Numbered from the whole stretch's first letter, positions 49,515 to 63,743 are shown. The stretch: 63,981 nt of DNA, filler included, from Octopus bimaculoides (GCF_001194135.2; 6 parts of 6 records of this genome joined end to end with filler, not necessarily neighbours in it), one strand, 5' to 3'. Translations and numbers: made by a program. The notes: a model not told the origin generated them from the sequence alone.

Positions 49515-51955
49515 GTCAAAATAGAGATGAACGTATAAGTACATACTCATTCTTACACTCATTCCCCCTCTCTCTCATTCCCTGTATCTTTCTCTCTTTC
49601 ACACACATCCTATATCTTTCATGTATTCGAGATTGCACTTGCGTAACATTATCAACCGGACTGATGTGTGCATGTGTGTGTGTGTTCGTGTATGTGTATG
49701 AGCTAACCTTAGTAAAAGTATGACTAAATGCAGCAGCAAAGTACAAATAAACGAGTGTGGAGGCAAGGATGTCACCCTGCTTAGCACCATTCTCTACAGG
49801 AACGGGTCGCGCCATGCTACCAACAACATTGACCTAATCATCCATATAATCATGAAATAATTTAATTATAGATACAAAGTGATCCGGACATCCAAGTTTG
49901 CCAAGTATTTTCCATAGTAAGGCCCTGTTCACAGTATCAAAGACTTTCGTTAAATCAATGAACACTTCGACAAGATACATATTCTGCTAATAGCACTTCT
50001 GCATCTGTCTTGCGGTGAAAATCATATCCATTCTCCCTCTTCCAGATCGGAAGCCACATTGAGATTCAGATAGGACATCATTTACGAGACATCAATTCAG
50101 GCGGGTAAAAAAAAATATTTGCCAGAACATTACCGGCAGCTGATAGTAGAGCAATACCTTTGTACTTACCACACATTGTTCTGGCTCCTTCTCCTTCATT
50201 GAGAGGAAGAATAATTGCATCCTTCCAGTCCTTAATCATTGCACCATCCCTCCAGGCTATATTAATAAGTTCATGACCTCAGCACAAATTCCATCCCTTC
50301 CAGGTGCCCTACCAAGATTCAGTTTACTTATTGACGTCATTACCTCATCTATTGAGGGCTTGGAATTTAAGGAGCCAAAGATAGGTTTTTTAACACAGCA
50401 TCAATTGCCGTTTCATCCACAATTGACTCATGGTTTAGAACTTCAGAGAAGTGTTCAATCCAGCGACTTGTGATTTCTGTTGATTTAATAAATAGAGTAG
50501 AAGTCTCCATGGAAAGCAAAGGAGCTGATGCAGAGCTCTTAGGCCATTAAAATTACTTCATAGGATGGTAAAGCTTCTTGCTGTCATTTGCATCAGCAGC
50601 AGCCTGAACATCACGAGCAAGATCCTCTCACCTAGTGTTCTGCATCTTCCTGACAGATCGCTGCAGTAGTGATTTTACACTGCTATAATGATCAAGCTCT
50701 TGATTTCGCTGCACAGCTGAAAGTCCTCTGTGCAGCAATACATTATGGGCATGGCGCTTTACAGCCAATAGTCAATGAACTTCAGCATCATTTTCATCAA
50801 ACATGTCTCTGTGTCTGGCATAGCATATCCCAGTGTCTCAGTAGTACATTGAAGAACCTGGTCTCGAAATTCTTCCCATACTGTAGTATTTTCAATGCTG
50901 GACAAGGGAATCTGAAGCGCTTTCCTCAACACAGCATCATATATCTTGGGGACATTCAGACGCCAAGGAATGCCGTCTGGCCCTCTTCTTTCAATCTAAT
51001 CCTCATCCAGAACTTTGCTCGCACCAGACTGTGGTCTGTCCAGCATTCCGATCCATGAAAGGACTTGACATTACAAATGTCATAGATGTCGAGCTTGCGG
51101 ATGATGACATAATCCAGCAAGTGCTAACATTTAGACCTTTGATGCATCCACGTTGTTGTGTGATCCCCTTTGTGCATATAATGAGTGCTTGCGGTGCAAA
51201 GTCCATGCTCATCGCAAAGCTCCGGCAGCATGAGACCATTGCTATTCATTTTCCCTCTACCAAGACGTCCTAGAGAGTTCCATGTTTGCCAGTCTTTTCC
51301 AACACTAGTATTGAAATTCCCCAGTAGAATGACTTTATCAGAATTGGGGATATTCCTAAGTATAACTCTCAGCTGGGTATAAAAATGGTTTTATCCTCAT
51401 CACAACTAGTCAAAGTAGGTGTATAGGCACTTATTAGAGTGGCAAACCGCCCACATTTCAGGTACAAACGTAGTCATTAGACGTTCATTTATAGGAACAG
51501 AAAGCTCCTCCAACTTCTTAAGGGTATTGGATCGAACTGCCAAGCGAACACCAGCCTCTTTGCGCCCCTCCTTCTACCTTCCCTTCCAAAAAAAGTGTAT
51601 CCACCTCCTACTTCCTCAAGTTCACCATCTACTTCCATGCGAAACTCTGGTAAATCAATGTTATTGTTGTTCAGCTCGCGAGCAACAAGTGCATTGCGTC
51701 TTTCAGGCCTACAATCACTCCGGCTATCCAACAGAATGCGCACATTCCAACATGAAATGTTCAAGGTCCATTCAGATTTTTTAAAATACAAGTCTCTTTG
51801 TTTTCTGAGCGCAGGGTAGAAATCCATCAGTCACGCTAAACTGACCATATATAGAAAGACAGGCAATTTTTGGTTCACATTTCAAGAATCTTCTCAGCAT
51901 CCGGTTGAGTAGTGACCTCTACGAATGGAGCTGCCCAGACACCCATGCAGCAACC
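49515..51955 (-). mobile_element. Degenerate RTE LINE (APE endonuclease and RT to about motif 4)
   Basis: ISCWNVRILLDS..RPERRNALVARELN..EVGGGYTFF (APE start) and GAKQGDILASTL (RT); many frameshifts. Confidence 0.85.
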
Positions 51956-54048
51956 NNNNNNNNNNNNNNNNNNNNNNNNNNNNNNNNNNNNNNNNNNNNN
52001 NNNNNNNNNNNNNNNNNNNNNNNNNNNNNNNNNNNNNNNNNNNNNNNNNNNNNNNNNNNNNNNNNNNNNNNNNNNNNNNNNNNNNNNNNNNNNNNNNNNN
52101 NNNNNNNNNNNNNNNNNNNNNNNNNNNNNNNNNNNNNNNNNNNNNNNNNNNNNNNNNNNNNNNNNNNNNNNNNNNNNNNNNNNNNNNNNNNNNNNNNNNN
52201 NNNNNNNNNNNNNNNNNNNNNNNNNNNNNNNNNNNNNNNNNNNNNNNNNNNNNNNNNNNNNNNNNNNNNNNNNNNNNNNNNNNNNNNNNNNNNNNNNNNN
52301 NNNNNNNNNNNNNNNNNNNNNNNNNNNNNNNNNNNNNNNNNNNNNNNNNNNNNNNNNNNNNNNNNNNNNNNNNNNNNNNNNNNNNNNNNNNNNNNNNNNN
52401 NNNNNNNNNNNNNNNNNNNNNNNNNNNNNNNNNNNNNNNNNNNNNNNNNNNNNNNNNNNNNNNNNNNNNNNNNNNNNNNNNNNNNNNNNNNNNNNNNNNN
52501 NNNNNNNNNNNNNNNNNNNNNNNNNNNNNNNNNNNNNNNNNNNNNNNNNNNNNNNNNNNNNNNNNNNNNNNNNNNNNNNNNNNNNNNNNNNNNNNNNNNN
52601 NNNNNNNNNNNNNNNNNNNNNNNNNNNNNNNNNNNNNNNNNNNNNNNNNNNNNNNNNNNNNNNNNNNNNNNNNNNNNNNNNNNNNNNNNNNNNNNNNNNN
52701 NNNNNNNNNNNNNNNNNNNNNNNNNNNNNNNNNNNNNNNNNNNNNNNNNNNNNNNNNNNNNNNNNNNNNNNNNNNNNNNNNNNNNNNNNNNNNNNNNNNN
52801 NNNNNNNNNNNNNNNNNNNNNNNNNNNNNNNNNNNNNNNNNNNNNNNNNNNNNNNCACACATACTACTTTGGGAGCGAAAGAGTTTTCTTTATATTTCAC
52901 GCCGAAGAAAAAAGTTTATTGACAATCCATTTATTTAACAACAATGAAACAAAGAGGTATGTATCAATTTGTCAGGGAATTACACAATAAGGCTTGCACG
53001 ACACTTCATAGACCCTCTCCACTCTATTCCCATGATTCAGAGACACGCCAGAGCAAGATGGCTGGTGCCAATATGAGTCTGAACTGCAGCCTCAGGGATA
53101 TGGGAGAACTATGATCTCTAGCACAAACCAAAGATCTCCAAAATATCCAATGTCATTCACTGCATATCTGGTTTTATATCAAAGTGACCTTCTCTTAGAG
53201 ATATGCTTCAACAGAAGCTGAGGGGTACCTCACTCCCAGTAGTCTTTCAGCATGCCGAACACCATCCCGAAACTTCTGCGTACCCGTGCTATTCCTGGAT
53301 AGCTGTTGAGTCTGCAATATGTTCATCCGATTTTTCAACAGTTCTTCTTTTTAATCCTTCTGAGTTTCTAGCAACTCTCCTCGCCAGGGTAGCCTAGAGG
53401 TAGTGCCACTCTAGTCGGCGACAACCCGATCATGCAACAGATTGTACTGGATTCCATATTACTAGTAGCGCTTATGAGACCCTCATAAGTGACCTGACAT
53501 ATAAACGTATATGTGTATATANNNNNNNNNNNNNNNNNNNNNNNNNNNNNNNNNNNNNNNNNNNNNNNNNNNNNNNNNNNNNNNNNNNNNNNNNNNNNNN
53601 NNNNNNNNNNNNNNNNNNNNNNNNNNNNNNNNNNNNNNNNNNNNNNNNNNNNNNNNNNNNNNNNNNNNNNNNNNNNNNNNNNNNNNNNNNNNNNNNNNNN
53701 NNNNNNNNNNNNNNNNNNNNNNNNNNNNNNNNNNNNNNNNNNNNNNNNNNNNNNNNNNNNNNNNNNNNNNNNNNNNNNNNNNNNNNNNNNNNNNNNNNNN
53801 NNNNNNNNNNNNNNNNNNNNNNNNNNNNNNNNNNNNNNNNNNNNNNNNNNNNNNNNNNNNNNNNNNNNNNNNNNNNNNNNNNNNNNNNNNNNNNNNNNNN
53901 NNNNNNNNNNNNNNNNNNNNNNNNNNNNNNNNNNNNNNNNNNNNNNNNNNNNNNNNNNNNNNNNNNNNNNNNNNNNNNNNNNNNNNNNNNNNNNNNNNNN
54001 NNNNNNNNNNNNNNNNNNNNNNNNNNNNNNNNNNNNNNNNNNNNNNNC

Positions 54049-54110
54049 GACTTAAGGTGATGCTCCAGCGTATCCGCAGTCAAATGACTGAAACAATTAA
54101 AAGAATAAAA

Positions 54111-54112
<2 letters not shown>
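54049..54112 (+). mobile_element. SINE family A, 3' end
   Basis: gtgatgctccagc..gcagtcaaatgactgaaacaa. Confidence 0.7.
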
Positions 54113-54170
<58 letters not shown>

Positions 54171-54214
54171 GTGTGTGTACATTCGCCATCATAGATCACT
54201 AACCACTAAGAGTA

Positions 54215-54295
54215 TTATTTTCTCTCCGTTTATTTATATATTCCTTTCTGTCGAAGAGCGTATGCTCGAAACGCAAAAGACTTTCTTACTTCTAA
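54215..54295 (+). mobile_element. PLE-type terminal repeat (family F) with CUGUCGA motif
   Basis: ccttt-ctgtcga-a-gagc-gtat-gctc-gaaa-cgca-aaaga. Confidence 0.7.
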
Positions 54296-55699
54296 TCGTT
54301 TGTGCAGATGCTTGGGCATTGCCTTGAACGATTTCGTTGAAGAAATGTTTACCAGTACTTATTTCTAGCTTTAGCACTTATTCTGTCGCTGACATCTGCC
54401 GAACTGCTAATTCATCATCGGTTGTCAAGCAGTGGTGGAGAAAAACACACACTCACACACACACACACACACACNNNNNNNNNNNNNNNNNNNNNNNNNN
54501 NNNNNNNNNNNNNNNNNNNNNNNNNNNNNNNNNNNNNNNNNNNNNNNNNNNNNNNNNNNNNNNNNNNNNNNNNNNNNNNNNNNNNNNNNNNNNNNNNNNN
54601 NNNNNNNNNNNNNNNNNNNNNNNNNNNNNNNNNNNNNNNNNNNNNNNNNNNNNNNNNNNNNNNNNNNNNNNNNNNNNNNNNNNNNNNNNNNNNNNNNNNN
54701 NNNNNNNNNNNNNNNNNNNNNNNNNNNNNNNNNNNNNNNNNNNNNNNNNNNNNNNNNNNNNNNNNNNNNNNNNNNNNNNNNNNNNNNNNNNNNNNNNNNN
54801 NNNNNNNNNNNNNNNNNNNNNNNNNNNNNNNNNNNNNNNNNNNNNNNNNNNNNNNNNNNNNNNNNNNNNNNNNNNNNNNNNNNNNNNNNNNNNNNNNNNN
54901 NNNNNNNNNNNNNNNNNNNNNNNNNNNNNNNNNNNNNNNNNNNNNNNNNNNNNNNNNNNNNNNNNNNNNNNNNNNNNNNNNNNNNNNNNNNNNNNNNNNN
55001 NNNNNNNNNNNNNNNNNNNNNNNNNNNCCGAAATGTCAGGCCTACAGTAGAAAATATTAAATGCCCCACACTGTTTGAGGAACCGAAAAGGGTCTTTGGA
55101 AATGGGCGAAAGGGAATTTAACTATTATTTCTAGGATGTGTAGCAACAGAACAAATGCACAGTTAGCGGTTTATAAAATCTGCTGCATGAAACAATATGA
55201 TGATCGCTTCAAATGAACGTGTATGTACTTTCTTTTATCTCTTTGTTTTTCCTTTTGCAGACTTATTCTGGCTAATATCCATATCTCTTATGTATTTGCA
55301 ACGAAGAACATTTAACTGAGACCAGCCTCGAAGAAATCTTTATTGCCTCACATAAATATCATGGAGAGAAACATTAAAGACTAAATAAAAAAAAAAGAGG
55401 AAAACATTAAGTTTGCCAAAATCAACATGGATTATATAAGTGTCATAACCTTGGTCAGGCCATACCTTTACAAATATAGAATTATTAATATATATTTGCT
55501 AATATAATCTCCGGCGTTTAATCTCTGTGTCATCTGGAATTTATAATAATGTGTGTGTAATATTATTAATACGCTCTACAAATAAACAGCATATATCGGT
55601 AAGCTATCTTATAAAGGCCTCATCTTTATGGAGTAGCGGACCAGTTGCTACGAATATGTATGCGTGTTTATACATATATATATATGTGTGTGTGAATGA

Positions 55700-55741
<42 letters not shown>

Positions 55742-55774
55742 TTTCTATATACATATTAATATATAAGTATATTT

Positions 55775-55968
55775 TAGCATGCTGGGCGGAATGCGTAGAG
55801 GTGTTTCGTCCGTCTACATGTCCTTAATTCAAATTCCACCTGGATCGACTTTGCCTTTCATTCATACGATGATTGATAAAATAAGTACCAGTTCAGCACT
55901 GGGATCGATGTAATCGACCTAGCACTCGGCCCTGAAATTGCTGGCCTCATGCTAACATTTGAAATCAA
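55775..55968 (+). mobile_element. SINE family D, tail type 2
   Basis: Family body plus gaaattgctggcctcatgctaacatttgaaatc tail. Confidence 0.75.
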
Positions 55969-55994
55969 TATATATGCATTACTTCATTCTGTTA

Positions 55995-56258
55995 TTCTGG
56001 TATTTGTTTCAGTCATTTGTCTGCGGTCATACTGGAGCACAGCCTTTAATGGAACAAATCGACCCCAGGACTTATTCTTTATAAGCCTAGTGTGTATTCA
56101 ATCGGCCTCTTTTGCCGAACCGCTAAGTTACGGGGACGTGAACACACCAACATCAGTTGTCAAGCGAAGATGGGGCAACAATCACAGGCACAGAAACACA
56201 CACACACACACACACACACTCACACATACACACACACACAAACACACACGCACACACG

Positions 56259-56290
<32 letters not shown>

Positions 56291-56462
56291 TATATATACG
56301 ACGAGCTTCTTTGTGTTTTCGTCTACCAAATTCACTCATAAAGCTTTGGTCGGCCCGAGGTTATAGGAGAATGCACTCGCCAAAAGTACCACGCAGTGGG
56401 ACTGCACCCTGAATAATGTGATCGGGAAGCAAGCTTCTTAAAACACAGTAACTCTTGCGCCT
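55995..56462 (-). mobile_element. SINE family A, full length
   Basis: Reverse complement, with a long internal (CA)n. Confidence 0.85.
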
Positions 56463-57886
56463 GCACATATAGTATATATATATATATATATATATAGTAA
56501 AATACATTTGCCAACTAATTGTGTTTCATCGCTCCCATCTCTAGTATTACGTGATACACACGGACCTGAGTTTCTGGATAGTTACCCGTCTTCAGTGCGT
56601 GATGAAGAAGGCATTCCACTCGCTTAATACTATATCGTTATTCTAGCTACACATTGCTGCTGATTTCGTGAAAAGAGAGACAATTAATATTAAATCTCTG
56701 TACGGAATTGTAAAATATATTTGCCGGTTAAATGTGGCGGTCCTTTGGAGGACGATGTTATTGGTGTAGCTATCCCCAGGAAGATATCTTCTCCAGTTGG
56801 CTAACGATACACAGTCTGTGTCCAATTAATATTTGCGAGGGAGGTCATCGCTTCTATCTTTAGCCCTAAAGTAATATACACATACCCGAGTTTCTGGGTA
56901 GTTACCCGTATTCCGTGTGTGTTAATGACCAGCTAGTGAAGAACTCATTCCATTCGCAAGATACTATATCCTTTTTCTAGATATATATACTTACACACAC
57001 ACACACCACATACACGCGTATGCACATGCGCACACATACATGCCGATATATAAATATGCGTGTGTATGTATGGGCAGAGGTAGAAATCTACCTATTATTT
57101 CCTTTCTTTCTCTTGTTTTTGTTTCTGTTGTATATTACATTCTTATAAGTCTTGTACCACGATCAGCATATTGACCCGTATTATCACATCAGTACAGGCA
57201 TCATCGACAGATACAGCACCTCCACCAACCCCAGTATGGTAAGAGTGTACAATAGCCTGAAGTTGAGAAATATCTAGATACTTAAATTGTAAGCGGCCGG
57301 GACTCTTCAGTATTAGATGTGAATAGGTGCATTTCACACATACACAGATATATCTGCACGTGTTTCCAAGGGCGTGTTTGCTCTCCCCTCCTCCTCTCTC
57401 TCTATCTATGCATATGTGTGTTTCGTAGTCCTCCATCTCTGCGTATGTGTGTTTCGCAAGCCTTCCAAAACCTGATTCAATTGCTTGTTAGAGACAGGAC
57501 ACCGCTCATGAGACTGACTCAAGTTCTAATTCCATTAAAACATTGCTTTCCTAGAGCCACCAGTGGAAATATACTAAATGTAATATGACCCGGCTAGGTT
57601 TCAATACTAAGAATAAGTGCGCCACGTGGCAAAACTGCACTGCGCAAGTCTAAAACAAAATTACTATTTCCCTTTTCTCTTCTGTATACTTACTTCAAAT
57701 TGTATCATCTTGACCGTTCTTGCCTGAAGTATTTACATAACAAATATTGGCTGATTACTCAAGTAGATTCACTCGCCAATACTATTATCTCAGGCAAAAG
57801 TATATATATACACATATAAATAGTTACATAGATATATACATAGATACATTCATACATACATACATACATACATACATACATACGTG

Positions 57887-57920
<34 letters not shown>

Positions 57921-58085
57921 TACTTACATAAATACATGTACGTATAAATGTGTGTGTGTCTACGTATATATATATATAGCATGGTGGTACAAAAATGCAC
58001 CGATATTTACTGGAAATAGCAGTCGATAATATACGATGCTATTGTAAAGCTTCTCTGTATATATTCATACACACATACACACACA

Positions 58086-58131
<46 letters not shown>

Positions 58132-58637
58132 AATACAGGCAAAGCTATTTGTGGGTACCGAACATAAAAAAAAATCATCTTATTTGTAGGAAGAACATTC
58201 AATAAATGTACACCCCAGATGTGGATAATCTAGGACTTAGGTTTCGAACTTTCCTAATTACGTTTGTTAACGTAAATTTGATTGGTTCTCTGCGGATAGA
58301 TTCACCTAGACATAATTTCGAATGTTGCTACGTTAGTGCCAGTATAGTGGTCTGAACGCCTGGCCGTTAACAGACCGAGAACAATGAAAAATTTTTGAAA
58401 AGAAAAATTATTAAATAATGCAATAAATAAATACACATATATATCTATATGCATATGTTGCTCCTGTATACTTAGATGTACGGCTACTACAGTCTCACTC
58501 AGAGCTCCACAAATATCATTATTCAGTCGGCTTTCACTAAAGTGATTGGTCGAACTTCGTACTTACCAGTGTTACTAGGTATTATATACATAACCTACAT
58601 GGAGGAAATAAATTTAACACGAGTATATATGTATATA

Positions 58638-58692
<55 letters not shown>

Positions 58693-58736
58693 NNNNNNNN
58701 NNNNNNNNNNNNNNNNNNNNNNNNNNNNNNNNNNNN

Positions 58737-58748
58737 TTAATTAATTAA
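58737..58748. other. Assembly linker
   Basis: TTAATTAATTAA between N runs. Confidence 0.95.
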
Positions 58749-58792
58749 NNNNNNNNNNNNNNNNNNNNNNNNNNNNNNNNNNNNNNNNNNNN

Positions 58793-58844
<52 letters not shown>

Positions 58845-59766
58845 TACATATATAAACTTTACTTTAACGTGATACATATATATACATATATATATATATG
58901 TATGTATATGTGTAAAAAGTAAATGGCACAGGAACGAAATATCGGTCAACGGACAACCATTGTAGAAAGCAGCAGCAGCAGTAGCAGCAGCATCACCGCC
59001 AACACCTTTACCACCATCACCGACAACAACAGCAAGCCAACCATGCCACTCACAATGGAAGTCACGTCAAAACTATAACCTAAGCTTACTTTTGTTGCTA
59101 AACGATATTATTATACCACCACCATCACCACCACCACCACCACCACCACCACCACCACCATCATCATCACTNNNNNNNNNNTGCTCCACTGACTTCACAA
59201 CCATCTCGTATTCTTCCCCCCTATCCATATACAATACGCCCCCCCCGTACACGTACAACCCCCGTCCGGCGCCATTGTCATTTTATGTCATGTGACGAGG
59301 ACGACGCCATCGTTAAAACGTGTTACCTTGTTCGTCTGACTGCAGGCTACAGTTCCACAACAATTCTCCATTGTTATTTTGCAAGACAGGTGCCATTTTC
59401 CGCGTTTATCAGTGACATTTATCTCCGAAAGATTTCAAATTAGGTGACTCGGTGTATAAAGATTAAGTTTGTTACGTTGCTAGGCTTCCATACATAATAA
59501 CTGCCTTTTGCAGAATAGTGTATCATTAAATCAATATTTTCTCTCCCTCTTTTTCTCTCTGTGTGCATCTCTTTCTGTCCGTCTATCTTTCTCTCTTCAT
59601 GTATCTATCTATCTATCTATCTATCTAATATGTATATATTATGTGTCATGTGTTTTAAGTATTAAATAGGTCTGTGTTCTTTTTAATGTTATATGTATGG
59701 AAGGAAAAAAACGCTGAGTATCGTCACCTCCGTTCTCTCGATTATTTTATAGGCTTGTATGTATGT

Positions 59767-60096
59767 CATTGTTCAGTTTATTTCAAGATTTCTCGTCAAT
59801 AGAGAAAGAGCCAGTTTCTAACCTAAATCCAAGCCTCCATCATTGGAATTTCAACATCAGGGTATTCTTGTTTTTATGTACGCATGAATGTATGTATATG
59901 TACAGATTTGTATGTTTTATTTTATGTATGTATTCTCATGCATATATTTGCATATCTAGACATGTTAATATATATTTAAATGATAAACTTCTGGAGAGTT
60001 TTACAGATTTTTACAGTTCCAGTAATGGATTGAATCTGTAGTCTTCCAATTAGCTTTCTCTTTTCTGGTTTTGAGAAGCCTAATTTCTCAAGATTG
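59767..60096 (-). mobile_element. 3' end of a probable RLE-type non-LTR element within (TATG)n
   Basis: NLEKLGFSKPEKRKLIGRLQIQSITGTVKICKTLQKFII* resembles the end of restriction-like endonuclease domains; (GTAT)n on both sides. Confidence 0.5.
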
Positions 60097-60289
60097 GTAT
60101 GTATGTATGTATGTATGTATGTATGTATGTATGTATGTATATGCATGCATGTATGTATGTATGTATGTATGCATGTATGTATGTATGAATGTATGTATGT
60201 ATGTGTGTATGTATCTATGAATCTACGCGTGTATATATGCATGCATGTATCTATGAATGTATATATGTATGAATACATATATAAATCGA

Positions 60290-60406
60290 ACGACACCGAT
60301 AGAATAAGTACCAAGCTTACAACGAATAAGTCCTGGGGTCGATTTGTTCAATTAAATGTGGTGCTCCAGTATGGCTGCAGTCGAATGACCGAAACAAGTA
60401 AAAGAA
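60290..60406 (+). mobile_element. SINE family A, 3' end
   Basis: ccgatagaataagtaccaagcttac...gaaacaagtaaaag. Confidence 0.8.
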
Positions 60407-60653
60407 TATATATATATATATATATATATATTTATTTATTTATTTTGCATCTACGTTTGCAGAGTTTTGGTAAGGTAGAATACACGGACACATACAGACA
60501 AACAGACAGGCAGACGCGCGCACGCGCACACACACACAAAAACACACACATACACACAAACACACACGTATGCATATGTCTGCACATATATATTTTATGC
60601 CTATATATACATTTTTACATATTTATATATATACATACATTTATACATATATC

Positions 60654-60703
<50 letters not shown>

Positions 60704-61574
60704 CACGCACATATATATCTCGGTGGTTAATTGCTAGAAATATGTAAATAAGGAATTCGTCCAAATTTAATTTTATTTCAATAAATATATATTAATTGTT
60801 GAAAATTACCATTAATTTTATTAGGCTTCATACATCAACAAATTTTGGCAAAAATAAATTCAGAAATATTGAACCTATGCCAGATACTACATATGTCGGC
60901 AAAACAATTCACATACCTTTGGGTGCCATAAGACAGCTAATAATCTAATATACTTTCAACCATGAAACTCGACTGGTTTCTCTTGTGGTCGCAACTATTA
61001 CAAGGGAGACGTTTGTGTTTTCGTTATATTTGCCGGTATTTAAAATTTCAGTATAAAATGACAAAAAAAAAAGGCATTGGATGGCCGATGTACACCCTGC
61101 GCGCAGACAATTTTCTTGTCAATTAATAGTGTGGCTTACAATGTATTGCTTGCCCATGTTTTTTAATGGAATTGAATTAATCTTTGTAAGTGTTTGACTA
61201 AAAGAAGATTAGAAGCCTAAGAACGGTGAAATTTAAGAAATCAACTCGTAAATAAACGAAACCCTCAAATCCGTTATTGTCTACAGGCACACACACACAA
61301 AAACACACACACAAAGACACACAGAGTTCCATATCTATGTATGTATTTATATATATTTAAAGATAATCAAACCAAATTTTTATCATTTCCACCCACTCAT
61401 CCGATTAGTATTTCTGCTAAATTTGTTGAAAATCCGTTCAGCCATTTTCCAGTAATTTTGAAAACACACAGAAAAAGAAACAAAGCCGAGTGGTTACAAT
61501 ATCATGTTTTCGCTTAGCGCGCAGGGTTATAAGGAAATTACAAAGAAAACATACTTAGAATTCGCATAGTATTT

Positions 61575-62210
61575 CCAGGTAGAGCTGCTACTATTCCGGA
61601 TTGAGTGGTTACAGTCCCGTTACTACGGACATGTGACTAGAATGTCACGGGAATGAATTGTGAGACAAATTCTTCAAACTGAGCCAATTAGCAAGAGATC
61701 CAAGAGTGGACCAAGAATGAGGTGGGCGGATAATATCCATAGTCTTGGGAAGTCTCTCTAGGTGGAGCCACTACTCCTCCGCTTTGAGAGGTCACAGATC
61801 CGGTACTGTGGATCAGGAAAGAATTAGAAGATAGATTCTTCCGGCCGAGTCAAGCGGAAATTTAGGGGTAGGTCCAAAATGAAATGGTTGGATAATATAC
61901 ATGACCTCGGGGAGTCTTTGCAGGTCAAGCCGCTTCTTCTCTACACCGAGAGGTCACGACTCCATATATGGACATTTTGCGTTGAATGTCATTGGAAAGC
62001 ATCTAAAGGTGGATTCTTCAGGCTAAGCCAACCAACATGAGGCCTAAGAGTAGAGCAAGAAGGATGTGGTTGGACAATTTCAACAGTTTCGGTCACGGTT
62101 GGAAATCCAGCCGAAAAATCTAATAATGATTGATTCTGATTTAACCTTGTGGAGAAAGGGGCCTTGCTGACTCTACCCCCAGTGAACCTCTCAGGAAAAT
62201 GGACGGAGAA
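61575..62210 (+). mobile_element. RTE C-terminal region repeated three times
   Basis: Units start near 61576, 61759 and 61921; each encodes (Q)V.PLL...RY.GH...R..W.DN. Confidence 0.65.
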
Positions 62211-62958
62211 AGTAGATAGAATTCTTTTAATTAATTCGAAGGTTTTGAAATTTCTAGTCCTTGCTATTCATTCTTTTTAGAAATCGTCTGTATGATATAA
62301 CTCGCAACTTACTAATTAAATATTTTACGAAGTGAGGCATTTCATTAAAGATGAAGGAAATGCACAGAATATGTTTTTGTCTCCTTATCTTCATAGAACA
62401 TTTGAGATTTAGGAATCGAGAGAAAAGAGAAAAAGTTCTTATTGTATACACGTAGAATAATCGTCGTTCCAAGAGATTTCTATCCTTCGACAATGTCTGA
62501 TATTAACTAATAATTTTGGTTTTCGCTTCATACGTTACAAAACGTTTTCTGCTATCGTCTTTGAGGTGTTGACTTTCATTTTGAAGCTGTTACATCTTAA
62601 TAATAACCCTTCATTATGTAGAGCAACGGACGTCTTTTTATACACCTGAGTGTCAGAATAAATAAAACTCAAACACTACAACGAACTGAAACAATCTCAC
62701 TCATTTTCCTATATATCCTTTGAGGTGTCGACATTTGTGTCTCACTGTTATTTCTTACTACCAGTCTGGTGGTATGAGTAGTAGATCAGGCACTTCCTTC
62801 ATAAACACATACATTTTTGACCATCGTCAACAATTCAAAATAGACTTGCGTGAAATCACAGTCGAAGCGTTTCAGACGCATGTCGTTTCCCTGGTGGTCG
62901 CAGTTTTTACAAAGGAGGTAATCATTTCATGTTTCAACTATAAAAAAAGGTGTTCGAC

Positions 62959-63392
<434 letters not shown>

Positions 63393-63499
63393 AAAGTAAA
63401 AGAATATTCTAAATGACTTACTATTAATTTACACATATTTATCTTTGCTTCCATAAAAGATATCATTTCTATAAAATCGTGTTCCTCTCAACCATTGCC

Positions 63500-63648
63500 A
63501 CAACCGTTAGAACGACGGGTAAAATGCGTTCCGAGTTCAAATTCACCCGAAGTTGACACTGCCTTCCATGCATTTGTGGCTGATAAAACTAGTACCAGTT
63601 GAATACTGGGATCAATGTAATCGACTTACCCGACTCCGAAATTACTGG
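63500..63648 (+). mobile_element. SINE family D, partial
   Basis: gagttcaaattc...agtaccagttgaatactgggatcaatgtaatcgactta. Confidence 0.65.
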
Positions 63649-63743
63649 CTTTCACACACACACATACACACACACACACATATACACACACTTATGTATG
63701 TATATATGTATATATATACATACATATATGTGTGTGTGTGAAT

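Noticed and set aside
59800-59860. Hammerhead-like CTGATG..GAAAC on the minus strand (similar trace near 17915-17950)
   Set aside because: Core and stems do not fit.
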